A stretch of 64,000 bases of DNA from Felis catus (Eukaryota). Position 1 is the stretch's first letter, and each line of letters opens with the position of its first letter. This document shows positions 47,532 through 60,447 of this stretch, piece by piece. Position numbers and translations under genes: made by a program. The DNA lies in NCBI RefSeq assembly GCF_018350175.1, contig NC_058368.1, forward strand, positions 65,908,001-65,972,000, in the 5' to 3' direction. Below the pieces are notes generated by a model. It saw only the letters and a program-made list of their open reading frames with translations, did not search any database and was not told the origin of the DNA.

Positions 47532-48680
47532 TTTTTTTTTCAGCTTTGTAGAGGTATAATTAACAAAATTTGACAAATAAAATGACAAATATATTTGAAG
47601 GCTACAACATGATAATTTGATAATACATTGTGGATTAACTCAATTGAGTTACTTAACATATCCATCACTTCACATGTTTCCCACTTTTTGGTGAAAACTC
47701 TTAAGTTCTACTCTATTAGCAATGTAGTCACCGTGTTATATAGTGGATCCTCAGGTATTATTTATCTTGTAACTGAAAGTTGATACCCTTTTACCAACTT
47801 CTCCCTATTTCCCGTACCCCCAAGTCCTGACAGCCACCATTCTACCATCCTACACTCTGTTTCTATAAGTTCAACTTAAAAAAAAAAATCAATGTTTATT
47901 TATTTTAGAAAGGGAAAGAGAAAGAGACAGAGTGCAAGTGAAGGAGGGGAAGAGACAAAGGGAGACACAGAATCCAAAGTGGGCTCCAGGCTCCGAGCTG
48001 TCAGCACAGTGTCCAATGTGGGGCTCAAACTCATGAACCATGAGATCATCACGTGAGCCGAAGTCGGACGCTTAACCAACTGAGCCACCCAGGCTCACTT
48101 CAACTTTTTTTTTTTTTTAATTCTACCTATGAATGATACCATGCAATAGTATATGTCTTTCTCTGACTTAGTCATTCAGCACAATGGCCTCTAAGTTCAT
48201 CCATATTGTCGCAAATGTTAGATTTGTTTTTTTTTTTTAATGGTGCTGCATTGAACAAGGAAACACAGATATCTCTTCAAAATAATGATTTCATTGCCTT
48301 TGGAGATATGCCTGGAAGTGGGATTATTGGATCATATAATTCTGATGGTTCTATTTTTAATTTTTTGAGCGTCTCCATACTGTCTTCCACAGTGGCTGCA
48401 CCAGTTTGCATTCTCACCAACAGTGCACAAGGGTTCACTTGTCTCCACGTCCTCACGGGCATTTGTTATCTCTTGTCTTTTTGATACTAGACATTTTAGC
48501 AGTTGTGAGATGATATCTCACGGTTTTGATTTGCATTTCCCTTATGTTCAGTGATATGCAGCACTTCGTCATGTACCTGTTGGCCATTTGTGTGTCTTCT
48601 TTGGAAAAATGTCTGTTCAGATCCTTTGCTTATAGGGACTGCTCATTCACCCATTTGAAAACTGCTTTTTTGCTGTTGTT
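47532..48680 (-). mobile_element. LINE-1 3' portion (L1MA9-like 3' UTR and ORF2 C-terminus) with an inserted SINE
   Basis: 'cagctttgtagaggtataattaacaa...ttaacatatccatcacttcaca...'; 'ttccacagtggctgcaccagtttgcattctcaccaacagtgcacaagggtt...gttttgatttgcatttccct...ttggaaaaatgtctgttcagatcctttgc'. Confidence 0.9.
47878..48096 (-). mobile_element. Can-SINE inside L1
   Basis: Body and antisense head 'ctgagccacccagg'; TTCAACTT on both sides. Confidence 0.95.
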
Positions 48681-48699
48681 GTTTAATATAATTCTGTAG

Positions 48700-49445
48700 G
48701 ACTCTGGAAGGCGGAGCCTTTTTGGCTATGAGAGCTGGCTGATTTGTGGGCCCATGCCTAGGATAACAGACACAATATTTGGAGAGCTGAATGAATAAGC
48801 TTTTTCCAGGAAGAAGACAGAGACTTGGTTTTATTGTTGGAGGGAGCCAGAGGGAGAATTTGGGGAAATGCTTACTGGCTGCTTCAGGCTCCTGGACAGT
48901 TTGTAGTCAGCACCTACATGCATTCTGATTAAAGCTGGACCTTTGAGGCAGCAGCTTGTAAAGGGTGCAATCAGACCCCTTCCAGGGAAAGACGTGGGCA
49001 TGTTTTCCCTCTGTGCTGAGCCCTGGGGGGAGAACCATGATGGATGCTCGCCTGCCTCTTAACGCCGTTGCTTTGTTTGCTGTTGTCTTATAGGACTCTT
49101 GAACTCAAGCCTCATTGGCTTTCAGAGCTAAATAATTTGAGGACCTGTCCCTCAGATTGCAACCTTAGAAATTGGAGTGCTAGATGTGTGGTCCAAACCC
49201 TTTGCTTCTCAGGGACCGCTAAGAGCCGGGGGTTCCCTCCCAGTTGTGTGACTTCTGTCCTGGAGCTGGGGTTCACGGTGTCTCAGCCTGTCCCACGTCA
49301 TTTCAATGTGACTGTTTTCTCAGTCACTCAATTTGTAGAAGTCACTCAGGTGATTTCTAGATTCTTTTCAGAGGGAATTGTGGCAGCTGTGTTCGGTGGG
49401 AGGCGGGAACTTGAGGAGCCTCCCAGGTCATCATCTTGGTGATGT
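48700..49445 (-). mobile_element. LINE-1 5' UTR-like fragment
   Basis: GC-richer block 'ctagatgtgtggtccaaaccctttgcttctcaggga...gggttccctcccagttgtgtg...' ending 'gagcctcccaggtcatcatcttgg', a decayed antisense copy of the L1 5' CAAGATGGCG (YY1) start. Confidence 0.65.
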
Positions 49446-51126
49446 CCTCCTGACCATATTTTTCTTCATGAGCATTTCCACAGGAACATCTTTTTGATCC
49501 TTCTGACTTGGCATGTCACAAACTGAAATAATTGTCTTTTTTCAAAACTGGCTCTCTCACTGGTGTTACTGAAGGTACTGTGTGTACTCCTAGCCATATG
49601 CTTTAAATCTCTGCATTTTCCTAGGCTTTTCTCTCTCCTTCCCCCTGACAAATTAACCAGGAGCCATTAGCTGTCATTTATTGAGCTTCAGATCTTACGT
49701 CACCAGGGTTTTCTATATGATTTGTTTAATTCTTGCAATAGCCCTGTGGTGGTACATATTAATATCCCCAGAGAAGTTATGAAACTCACCCAGAGTACAA
49801 ATGGTGCCATAAATGTATCAAAAGCGCATTTGAGAGAATAAATATTGTGGGATACTGCCTAAAGGACATGCTATCTATGCTTTCCCCTGTACACTTTAGA
49901 ATTTATCACTCTCCGCTGCCTTGTTAGACCCCTATAGCATTTACCAAAACAGCCTCACCAGTATATCATTGTCTATAATGAAACAATGCTGTGAAACTCA
50001 TTATTTTGTGTTCTATTAATGATGATGTTGTTTATTCTCTCAAACAGTGTCAGTCTCCATTAGGAAAAAAATGTTCCATGACTCAGTGTCAAGAATACTT
50101 GTATTTTGAGCAACTAGCTTTATCTTATTTTATGGATAGTAGTGAACCATATGATAATGTTTCCTTATTTTTTGCCCATTGGAAAGCTCGGGATCAAATC
50201 TGTGATGCAAATCTGACATTGAACTGAACCTCCATTGTTACCTTCTCAGATCCCCTTGACTGTCTATTTGCTCCTTCTCTATTGACTACCTCCCACTTGA
50301 ACCATGTCTCCCTCCTCTTCTAAACTTGAATGGAACAAACGCTTCACATGTGGCTGCAGAGTGGCCAAAAGCAACCAGAAAGTACAAGGGAGACGGGGCC
50401 CTCTTGGGGAGCTATAGCATAGGAGGCCAGAGGGAGCCACGCTGGAAGATGTTCTCCTTGCTCTGTTCCCTGGGCTGTTTCCAGGTATGTTAACTCCTCG
50501 GGAACCTTCCGGAAAGTCTGCCCTTTCAAGAGACAGGCCGAGTTTCTTAGTGGCTTGTTGTGAAGCAGTAGCCAGTGCAGTGATGTGTCATATCACAGTA
50601 CTTTGCCTATTTCCATCCCGCCTCTCCCTCCCCCCCCCCCCCACCGCCTTTTTTTCTCACTCCCATTGCTTCCGGCTTCTATCTCTGAAATAAAATGCCA
50701 GTGCCTTGATCCATGCTTCATGCTGTGCTTTCTTGAGAACTTGGGCTAAGACAAATGTAAAAGAATCTGTTACAGGCATAAATGAGACCTTCTCTTTGCT
50801 GCCTTTTGGTTGATTGGTTGGTTTTAAGGGTAGCGACCACCTTTTTTGATCATTGAACTGGGTCCACATTGCCAAGAATTTGTATTTGGCAGAAAGTTTT
50901 CCTTTTGATGTCTTTCTTAACAGAGGACTGAGACTAAGTGTAATTCCAGTGTTATCTCCCCAAACTCCAACATTTTGACCCCTTATTTCTAGTTGGAACT
51001 GCAGGAATGCCAGGAAGCACAAAAGAGCAACTGACTGTAGCCTGCTGTTAATATAGTTGAAATAACTTGTCAGACTTCCACTGTGAAGGCAGATATTCTT
51101 TTCTGCTGGCAAAAACTAGAAGAAGT

Positions 51127-51674
51127 GCCATAAAATCAGAAATAAGCTGTGAAATGCACTTTAAGTTAATATGAAAGCGTGTTGTTCCATTGACCTAGCG
51201 TTCCGAAAAGCAAGCTGTGTTGTCTTTTGAAGGATAATAAAACTGTGATGAGGATTTCTTTGTGGCAAGCGGGGTGTGGGGAGGAGCTCTGTTTTTCTAT
51301 TATTTATCATTTTGTTGCAAAATACAAGTGACGGTTCTCTGCGACCTGAGTCAGAAGCAAATCCTAAGACAGAATGTTAGTAATTTTGATGGATCTCCCA
51401 TCTCAGCCACCTGAACAGTAAACTATTTGCAGAGTTTTATGTGGACTATAAGCTTACTTTTTACCCCAGATGTGTTTTTCCCTATAGCCTTTCTAATTAT
51501 TTTGATCTTTTATCAGAATTTAACAAGACACCCCTTTCATCAATGAATGTGTGGGTCTGACATGAGAGAGACGGGCCATAAAGTCAGAAATAAGCTGTGA
51601 AATGCACTTTAAGTTGATATGAAAGCGTGTGGTTCCATTGGCCTAGCGTTCAGAACAGCAAGCTGGTGTTGTCT
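51127..51674 (+). repeat. Dispersed direct repeat of ~100 bp (51127-51225 and 51575-51674)
   Basis: Manual alignment shows 6 substitutions and 1 single-base indel; the copy starts are 448 bp apart. Confidence 0.95.
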
Positions 51675-53899
51675 ACCTCAATGGACTTCATTTGGTCAAA
51701 GCAGAATATGGCTACTGTCCTGTCTTCCTCCCAAAGGCTATTTTAATTTTATTACATTTTAATATTTATAGACAAGTCATGGCAGGGAAGTAATCAGCTC
51801 CTGTTAAAGTGAGGCCATTTTTTTCTTCTTATTTCTTGTTTGCTTTTATGAGGACCCAGTTAGGAATAGAAAAACTTCAGAAGTATCCACAAAATAACAA
51901 AGAACAGCAATTTGAAGGAGAGATCTAGTATTTTTTTTCTTCACATTTGAAACCCTGCCACAGGAAAAAAAAAACATATACTATATGGAGGTCTCTTCCA
52001 ATGCATTATAAGTCTTTTGGGTGTATCATGGAATCATGACAGAACATTCCTCTTGACCTGTCTGCTAAAGCACCACTGGGAAGATGGGCACTGAGATTAG
52101 TGAAGTCATGGTGATGAGGCTGTCTGCTCTGGTCTGAGGACAGTTAGGGGACCCTGAGAGCATTGCTGGGTCTGATTCCATGCCCCAGAGAGGAGAATTT
52201 GCTGCAGACCTGCACGCTGAAGCCTTGGTGAGCTCTGATAATGAGCCTGACTTTGGGGTGAAAGGCATGAGTGGGATCCCAGCTTCATGGGCTGAGTGCC
52301 CCAGGCATGTCACACCGTATTCTTCCTGAGTCTCTCTTTCCCCTGCTGAGAAATAGTCACACCTACCTCACAATGTCCTTGAAGATCATTAAGATGTCTT
52401 TAGTAGACCTGTGAGTTCTTCACGATTTCATGGGATGGAGCAGGTTTTTGTCTTCTTTTTATCAGTGTATTTTCAGCACTTAACTGTGTAGCAGGCCCTC
52501 AAGATGTATTTATCAAGTGGTTTAAAGGACTTAAAACTGCCATTGACTGACCTATGTGCGAGGCAATCTTCTATTATTATTGGTACTATTATAAGTTGCT
52601 ATTTTGCTCAGCTTTGATTGCTCTCTTGAGGATGTGCAAAAGGGCACTGTTTAAGCCCCTTGTGTTCAGAGCCGTCTCAAAGTCACCGCAGGCTATGAAA
52701 GAAGACTGAAAAGGTGTGACTGTGGTCCTCTTCTGCTCCTGGTCACCAAAAAGTGACCCCACTTGTATCACTCTTCTCCTCTGAGGTTCCACGTAAAAAT
52801 TCAGTTGGTAAGAGAATTTCAGGACTGAAGCACAGTTTGGAGATTTCTCACCTCATGGGGATCTGCTTTCACACTAATGGGTGGTCCTCTCAGAAACAAC
52901 ACCCTTAGTTTGGACCAAGAGGCCCAAAATAGGACTCAAGTCCCTGTGAACCCTGGAGCCAGGATGATGTCTCTCCTACCCCCACCAAGCGGATTCCAAT
53001 GCCACGCGTTTGTATTTCCAAGATCTCCACTGGGGAGGGAGCACCTTCAGGTCATTCCAGGTTCCAATCGGTTCCCTGTCAGTTGGGAAGCTGGAGTGGT
53101 GAGTTTCACGAATCCTGGAGCATGTGTACTCAGTGGTCTGTTATTGAGTAACGTTAGAATTAGTATGTCTGCAGCAACCCAAGCAAGAGCCTCTCCAGTC
53201 TTGTGAAAAGCACTGCTTTTATGGCACGGCTGGCCGTTTCGTTCAATAAATTACGAAATGGTTTGCTAATATAGGTGTATGCCCATTACACCTCCTTCCT
53301 ACATCCCCTTTTAAAATTGTAAAATTTTCTTTGGCCCACCTCAACGCATAAAAAATAAGAGACACCAGCAATTTACCTGAAGTAAAGGGCACTAGAATAT
53401 TTAGGAGCAGGGCCCCTGAGAGGAAGCATTAATGAATGCTTTCGTTGACAAATCAGGAAGCTTCAAAATGATGGCAAAACGATCTGGAATTATATACTGT
53501 CCTTACCTTATTTTTTTAAGAGTGGAAACCTGAAATGCTGGTGTTCCTGTGTCCAATTTTAAGTACACACTACTTGGTCGTGCTCCTTTTAGTTTCTGTT
53601 TTTCATGTTCAAACTTTATTTTTCATAAACAGTTTAGGAATAGAAGGGGAAGCAGAGGCTGGAGAAGAAGTCGTTTATTATTAGGGGTCAGGGATTTGGG
53701 CTCTTTTCCTACTGCAAAGAGACATGTTTAGAGGCCTCTAGACCAGGAAGGCACCCACTCTGTTCCCCCACTCTTCCTCTCCTCTCTCTGTTTCCAACAC
53801 CCATGTCTTTTCGCCTCTGTCTGAAGATTTCCCAATCCAGTTTCTCCCGTGATCACCTACAGGAACCGTCCCCTCGGCGGTCCATGGCAACTTCCTAAT

Positions 53900-54870
53900 A
53901 AGCGGTCTACCAGGCTTTGCTCAGTTTATCCTCTGTGACCATCCCCTAGCTTTTAACCACCCCTAATTTCTTCAATCTGACCTTTACTTAGCTTTTATCC
54001 CACAGGGATACCCTCATTCTCTAACAACCATTCTGATGATTCTTTGTCTTTCATTTGTTTCTACTCTGTTTCCATGCCCTCAAATGAGAGCATTTCCCAA
54101 GATGCTGTCCCTTTTTCTCCTCGTCCTCATCCAGTTTGGGGGACTGTAACTACCATCTCCATATAAATGACTCTCACCTTCCCCAAATTATTTTTCCACC
54201 CGCAACCCCTCTCTTTAGCTCCATTCTAGGGTTCTGAATTGCAGGATAGGAGTGTCAGCTTGAAGATCTCCCTAGTATCTCAAGTTTAACAAATCCAAAG
54301 TTAAACCCATCGTATTTCCCCACACTGCTTCTTCCTTCTGAATCTATATTTCTTTTAAAAGGGACCACCATTCTCCCAGAAGCCTTGTATCAACTCTGAA
54401 TCAGTCCCAGTTTTCCCACTCTGTGTACAGACCAGGACCATGCTCACAGCTCTCTCAGTCTCACTAGTTCACCTACGTCTTTGCAGTGTCCCCCTCCCTG
54501 GCTCAAGCTTCTATTCCCTAATTCCCTATGTTCATTTTTCCTGCCTTCCCATCCATCTGTCCACTGTTCTCCAGATGAATCTTCCTCACGGACCTATTTG
54601 CTTGTGGCATTTCCTTGCCCCAGAATCTTCAAGAATTCTTTCCTGTCACCTAACAAAGTAGACTTGTTTTCATTAGCCTTATTCCATTTCCATAGCCAAC
54701 TGACATCCGTGGTCTTTAACTCTCAATAGGATCCTAAGCCACCCCGCACTCCAAAAAACAAGACTGTAAGTCATTCTCCAGCAGCACTCTGCTGTTTGCT
54801 AACACTGAGCTTTTGTTCATTCACTTGCCTCTGCCAATCCTGCCAGAAAGCCCTAGTTCCCCATCTATCC
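53900..54870 (+). mobile_element. L2 LINE relic
   Basis: 'taccatctccatataaatgactctcac...ctccctagtatctcaagtttaacaaatccaaagttaaaccc...gggaccaccattctcccag...ccatctgtccactgttctccagatgaatctt'. Confidence 0.65.
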
Positions 54871-55208
54871 CCATTCAAAAAAGTGTTAAGATTCCCTCAC
54901 TCTAAGTAGCTAAGGAAAAAAAAAAAGACCTTCCTAGTGCAATATAAAAATACCAATAGATAATGTGTTACACAGAATTCAAATGAACTGAATTGAACTA
55001 AGGAAACATTTTTCAGACTTCCATATTGAATCACGTCAGAGGGAGCAAGAAAGGAAAATGAAGGGAGAAAGGAAGAGGAAGAGAAGAGGGACGTGAAAAT
55101 GAGAAGGTGCAGGAAAGAGACGGCATTCTGAATTTGCACTTGATGCACGTGAAATTTCACCCTTAGTGTCTTAGCTCAACAAATGCCTTCCTGACTCTAT
55201 CCTGTGAG

Positions 55209-55247
55209 AGAGAGACTGGCATGGAAGAGAGACTGGCATGGAAGAGA
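55209..55247. repeat. Perfect 17-bp tandem duplication
   Basis: AGAGAGACTGGCATGGA x2, followed by AGAGA. Confidence 0.93.
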
Positions 55248-55457
55248 TCCTGGATCTTTAGTGGTTGCAGAGTGCCCCCAAACGCCTATGTCTGTCCTCT
55301 TAACAACATTGGAAACAAACAAAAAACAGGATGCAAATGAACATATGGAATGAGCTATCTGTTGCTAGGTCTAGTACTTGAGGACTTAATATTGTGCGAG
55401 AAAAAGGCAGTTGTTCTGGACATGCTCATGTTACATAATGATACTGTAGGTCTAAAT

Positions 55458-55660
55458 CAGCATTCCTCAACTCGGGCACCATTACCATTTCATGGCAGAT
55501 AATTTTTAGTGGTTGGGGGTTGCCTGTGCCCTGTAGGATGTTTAACATCATTCCCAGACTCTATGCACTAGATGCCAGGAGCATCCTATGACCCTGTTCC
55601 AAGCTATGTCAAGTAAGAAAAGCTCTGGACATTGCCAAATGGCTCCTGTATAGCAAATTC
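55458..55660 (-). mobile_element. MER20 hAT MITE
   Basis: 'cagcattcctcaactcgggcaccattaccatt...cagataattttt...cctgtgccctgtaggatgtttaacatcattcccagactctatgcactagatgccag...ggacattgccaaatg'. Confidence 0.85.
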
Positions 55661-56480
55661 CAAATTTAGATAAAGATATATATGGTTAAAATGCATGTAG
55701 CTCCCCTAAGACATTGAAAATAGCCATGCTGACACATTTTCCCATGGAAAGACAACTGGACCCATATTTAGGCCTTCATTCCCAAACCCCTCCTGTTTAC
55801 ATTCTTTTGGGCTGAGCTTCTAATCAGTTTGTATCCTGTGATATTATGCAAAATTCTCTAAAATTTATAATAGTTGACAGCTATGAAACAGGCAAGACTC
55901 ACAGGCCCCATTCCAAACCATCTCTTATAATGAATATACAAATACGGAAGGAAAGAGCCCGACTGTCCAAACTGTGATAACTCTTGATTGGGGTCTAGTG
56001 AACAATTCAGTTGTAAACATCCCCTCATTATGACAGAGCGGACAGATGGAAAAAAAAAAGAAAGAAAAAAGTGAGAAAAGACATCATGCTAAAAGACATT
56101 TCTATACTAGAATTAATTTTCCTTTCAAACAGCCTCCCCCATTGTTAAAACCTGATCTGTGTACCTGAAGTGGATTTTATGTTGTGTTTCATTTTGCCTT
56201 ATGCAAACACAGTCCTGGGCTATAGATGCGCTTAATTATTTTTAATGGCAGTAATATTTGTAATAGTCTTCTAAAGGGTAGAATGAAGCTGGAATGTTAA
56301 ATTTTGAGTAGAATTACAGAGAAGCAGCAATTGTGTTGAAATAAGGACGGTCTTCTCATCCTGCTGCATTCACCTGCTGAGTGGCAGATTATTAGGTCTA
56401 ATATTACAAAATCCCATTCTTACAGGTCACCAAACCCCCTGGGTAGGTTACTACTCTATTTCAGATACAGATAAATAAAG

Positions 56481-56482
<2 letters not shown>

Positions 56483-56524
<42 letters not shown>
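56483..56524. repeat. (CA)n microsatellite
   Basis: Directly visible. Confidence 0.97.
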
Positions 56525-56525
<1 letters not shown>

Positions 56526-59117
56526 ACCGGAAACCTGTTTATTTTTGAAAAAATAAATAGCCACTTTCCTTAGTTTTAGCAGATATAACACTTTTTGCCC
56601 TAACGGACAAATTTCTAGAATTTAAGATCTAAATTGTTTTTCCTCTAAAAGCTACTCAAAGAAACCAATCTCTGTTTTGATGAAGGCAATAAACTATGTT
56701 TTCACTCTTCAAATAAAAGATTTGTTAAAATACCCCATGGCCGAGTGGTCAGTGGCGGTGCTATCTGAGTACTTTGTACAATTACTGTCAGTATTGGATA
56801 TGTGTCAAATTTATTTAAACTCAGCTCCCTTATTTAGCATGTGTTTATTACAAAGCAAGGCTAATTTATTACTCATGAGTCTATCATTCTCACCCTTCCT
56901 ATTTATTATTCAGCTTCTAATTTGTGTATAAAGTGGTGGGGCTTCAAATTTGTGAGTCCACACAAAGTGACATTGTATGTGCGTCAGCAGCGTGACCAAG
57001 GTCTTAACTTCATTTTCTACTTTTTGCATTGCTGAGTAGTCTACTGGCAACTCTCTAAATTTGCAGGGTCTGTAAATGCGCCTAAGTTCTGATGGTTCTT
57101 TCGATGTTAATTATCCCCATATATACACCCTCTTTATTATACATTTGATATATAGTATATTTGCTGTCCTTTGTCTTCCGAGGTGATGCTGCTGCTGCTG
57201 GTGCTGATTCCTGTCTCTGTGCCTTCTGGTGCAGAAAAGAGCAGTGTGTTTCTAGCAACCCATTCTAGCCGACACACACAGGGCAGTATTCAGAAATGAG
57301 AAATGCCCGGTTTAAATTGGAGCTATTATAATAGTTTGCACTCTTGCCTACATCCAAGCCACCAAGTTTATGTTATTTTAGCAAAAATTTTATGCTAAGG
57401 AAAAGGAAACAAAAAAAATTCTTTTTCCCAAATTCTATTATGGATTTTAAGAAAAGAAAACATTCTTATACATCCTGCGTCTGATGTGAATTCTTCTTTC
57501 AACCCTCTATTTATTTAAATGAAACAAGTGATACTAGTTTCTTTTGAATTCAAGATTCAGGATGACAGCTTTTATTCTTGAATATAAATACCTTCTTTGA
57601 TCTGGGTTAATTGATATGTCAGAGTGGTGGTGTTTATATTTTTTTAAAGCTAAGCTATTGCTTGTTTAAGGTAAATCTTTTGCCAAAACTTAAGAGGTTT
57701 TGTATGTGTGAATACAATGTGTATGCCTATAAACATGTGTGCGTGCATATATATGCACATAAATGTGTGGGCTTGTATATATGCATATATGTACATATGA
57801 AAGATTAAGCCCAGGATGGGAATCAATGCGGTTCCTCCCTCATGCCCCTCCCTCTCCTCCCGCAACTCCTTCCAGCCCCTTAGGGAACCGTGTTACTGCC
57901 TGGAGTCCACACTAAAAAACTGCTCAAATAAGTTACCCCAAGTGGCAATTGTATGCATAACATACTCGGTCCTATACCATTTGTCTGATAAGTAGAGCAG
58001 AGCCCTCACTCTCCTTTGAAGGAATGCCAGACACTAAAAGGAAGGATGTGGCACTCCAACATAGTAGATGGAATGGTGAAAAGAGGTGGCATCCAGTGGG
58101 AAGAGGCAGAATGTGAGTGCATTGAAGAAGTCAAAGCAAATAGGAAGAGAGCAACAGAAGAGAACGGGAACTTGGGAGAAATGCAAGGTCACATGGCATA
58201 GAGGTGGGATAATGGGAGTGAACACAGCTAGCTTTATATGCTAGTCACTGAGCCAAGTGTTTCATTTTGTCCCCTAAACTGCTGTATGAAGTCATAGGTC
58301 TGTTAGTCCCAGTTTAGAATGCAGAAATTGGAGCCCCAGAGCATGTGAGGCATCGACAACAGCTGGCAGTGCCGGACTTGAACTTAGTCTGTGGACTCCA
58401 GGCCCGTGCCCTGAGCCACAGTGCCATACTCTGTGCTAGAAACAGAAGTAATGGGCACGAGCCTTTACATGGAGAACAATGGCTTAAAAAATTAAAGATC
58501 CCTCTAGAGCCTCTTTCAATAGCTAAATTGTTGGGTGTAGTTTGCATGGCACAAAGGGACCAGCCCTATTCTAGAAGAAATGTGTTCTTCTCCCCGCTCT
58601 ACCATACACGTGCTGTGAGATGTTGATCTTTTCACTTCCTTGTGCAAGACTGTTACTTCATCTATAAAATAAGATTAGGATACATGATTTCGGTGAGATC
58701 TCTTCCATCTTCAACAATCTTTGTGTGAATTTTTTTTTACAAAGTAATTATCTAGAGACTGCTGCGTCTTGATGCCATGTTATCCCCTGCCTCTGAAGAC
58801 TTTATTGGCATTACTGATACTTGCCAACACCAGCTTGCAGGTACATCCTGAACCACTCCCATCCATTGCACCACGATGGTGCTTTTTTACTCTAACCCCC
58901 CCTCAGTCCCCATCACAAGGGACAAATGACCCAAAAGATGGAATGAGGTCACCTATAGGATTTCCAAGTTGGGTTCCTCAGATCATGATTCATATTAGGT
59001 ACATTATTATATCCAGTTTTGGTCACTTCCACCTAGGAGATCTGTGAAGAACATTCAAAGAGTTTGAGGTAGAAAAACAAAGAAGCATAAAGGACAGAAG
59101 ACAATCCATGTAAAAGG

Positions 59118-59350
59118 CTACCATTTATTACATATTTATTACACTTAGTATGGTGCGCTAAGCATTTTACCTACTTCTTCTCATATTAATCCTTTCAATA
59201 AACATCTTAGGCATCATTACCCCTATTTTACATAGGCAGGAAACTGATGCTCTTTGAGATTTACAAACCCACTTAGGGCCCTACAGTTGGACGTAGCAGA
59301 GCTGAACTCCACGAAGGCCAGAGACCCCTTTGTCTCCAAAACCTTTTCTA
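59118..59350 (-). mobile_element. MIR SINE relic
   Basis: 'gctaccatttattaca...gtgcgctaagcatttta...taatcctttcaataaac...cattaccctattttacataggcaggaaactgatgctc'. Confidence 0.75.
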
Positions 59351-59629
59351 TTACTTTATAATCCTATTGTTGACAAAGATGGGTGACATTTAAGAATGAC
59401 ATGTAAATGTAAAAGAGGGATTATTTTGTAAAAGCCTGTAACTAGATACTCCCCATATTATCTAGAAATAGAAGAAGAAGGAAAAAAAAAGAAGAACATA
59501 CACATAGCATGAGAAATTTGAGTTGGCTCTAAGAAATGGTTTCCTGACAAAATTTGTATGTGTACCTGGTCTTTCCTTGAAAGAGCTTATGTCAGCTCCT
59601 ATTTTGAAGTCCAAGCAGAATAAATTCTC

Positions 59630-59725
59630 CTTTTAGAATAAGTTCTTAACTTTTAGAATAAGTTCATTTTTACTAGGAAATATTTTTAACTTTTAGAATA
59701 AGTTCATTTTTACTAGGAAATATTT
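59630..59725. repeat. Perfect 40-bp tandem duplication preceded by a partial third copy
   Basis: TTAACTTTTAGAATAAGTTCATTTTTACTAGGAAATATTT at 59646-59685 and 59686-59725; CTTTTAGAATAAGTTC also at 59630-59645. Confidence 0.95.
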
Positions 59726-59749
59726 AGGGCACTGAGAAAAGTCTAATCT

Positions 59750-60103
59750 GGTCATCTATTGCTCCGTAACAAACTACCCCAAAACTTAGTGAGATAAAGC
59801 AGTAATTGTGTCGTCATGCTCATGATTCTTTGTGTCCGGAATTCAGTCAAAGTATACCTGAGACAACTTGTCTTAACACCCTGATGTCTGGGGCCTCACC
59901 CAGGGTGACTTGAATGATGGTAAATGGTCAGAATGGCTCAGTGAGGTAATATATCTAGGACCTTCTTTCTGGCTGTTAGCTGATTTCCTTGCCTCTTCTC
60001 TCCATGTGCCATCTTTTGGAACTAAAATCCACCACATGGCTTCTTTACTCTGATGTCTTGTCTCTCAGTTGGATGGGTGGACCACCTTGAGGCTGGACAA
60101 TCA

Positions 60104-60164
<61 letters not shown>

Positions 60165-60447
60165 ACATAGCCTCTTCATGTGTGTATCTTGGACTTCTTC
60201 ACAGCATGGAGGTATCAGGGTAGTTGGACTTCTCATGTGGCAACTGGCTCCAGCAAGTGTTCCATAGGAGCAAGGTGGAAGCTACAAGGATTCCAAGAAC
60301 CTAGTATCAGAAGACACACAATGTCATTTCCACTGTATTCTTTTTGTCACACAGATGAATCCCGGTGCTGTGTGGAATGAGACTAGACAGAGGCATAACT
60401 ACTGACAGCAGTGGCTTATTGGAAGCCATCTTTGGAGACTAGCTACA
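59750..60447 (-). mobile_element. MaLR solo LTR (MLT1F/G/H-like) with an internal (CT)n at ~60106-60161
   Basis: 'atctattgctccgtaacaaactaccccaaaacttagtg...' through 'tattggaagccatctttggagactagctaca'. Confidence 0.8.

Noticed and set aside
16832..48088. Recurring 'WVAQSV...AQVMIS...GSVLTAQSLEPA' ORFs as a gene family or tRNA genes
   Set aside because: These are translations of tRNA-derived Can-SINE copies, not genes or functional tRNAs.
50657..51112. Longest ORF in the track (151 aa, minus strand)
   Set aside because: Non-ATG start, no recognisable homology and no supporting exon boundaries.
57186..57300. Signal-peptide-like short ORF MLLLLVLIPVSVPSGAEK...
   Set aside because: The leucine run comes from a short (CTG)n repeat; the frame stops after about 37 codons with no clear donor.
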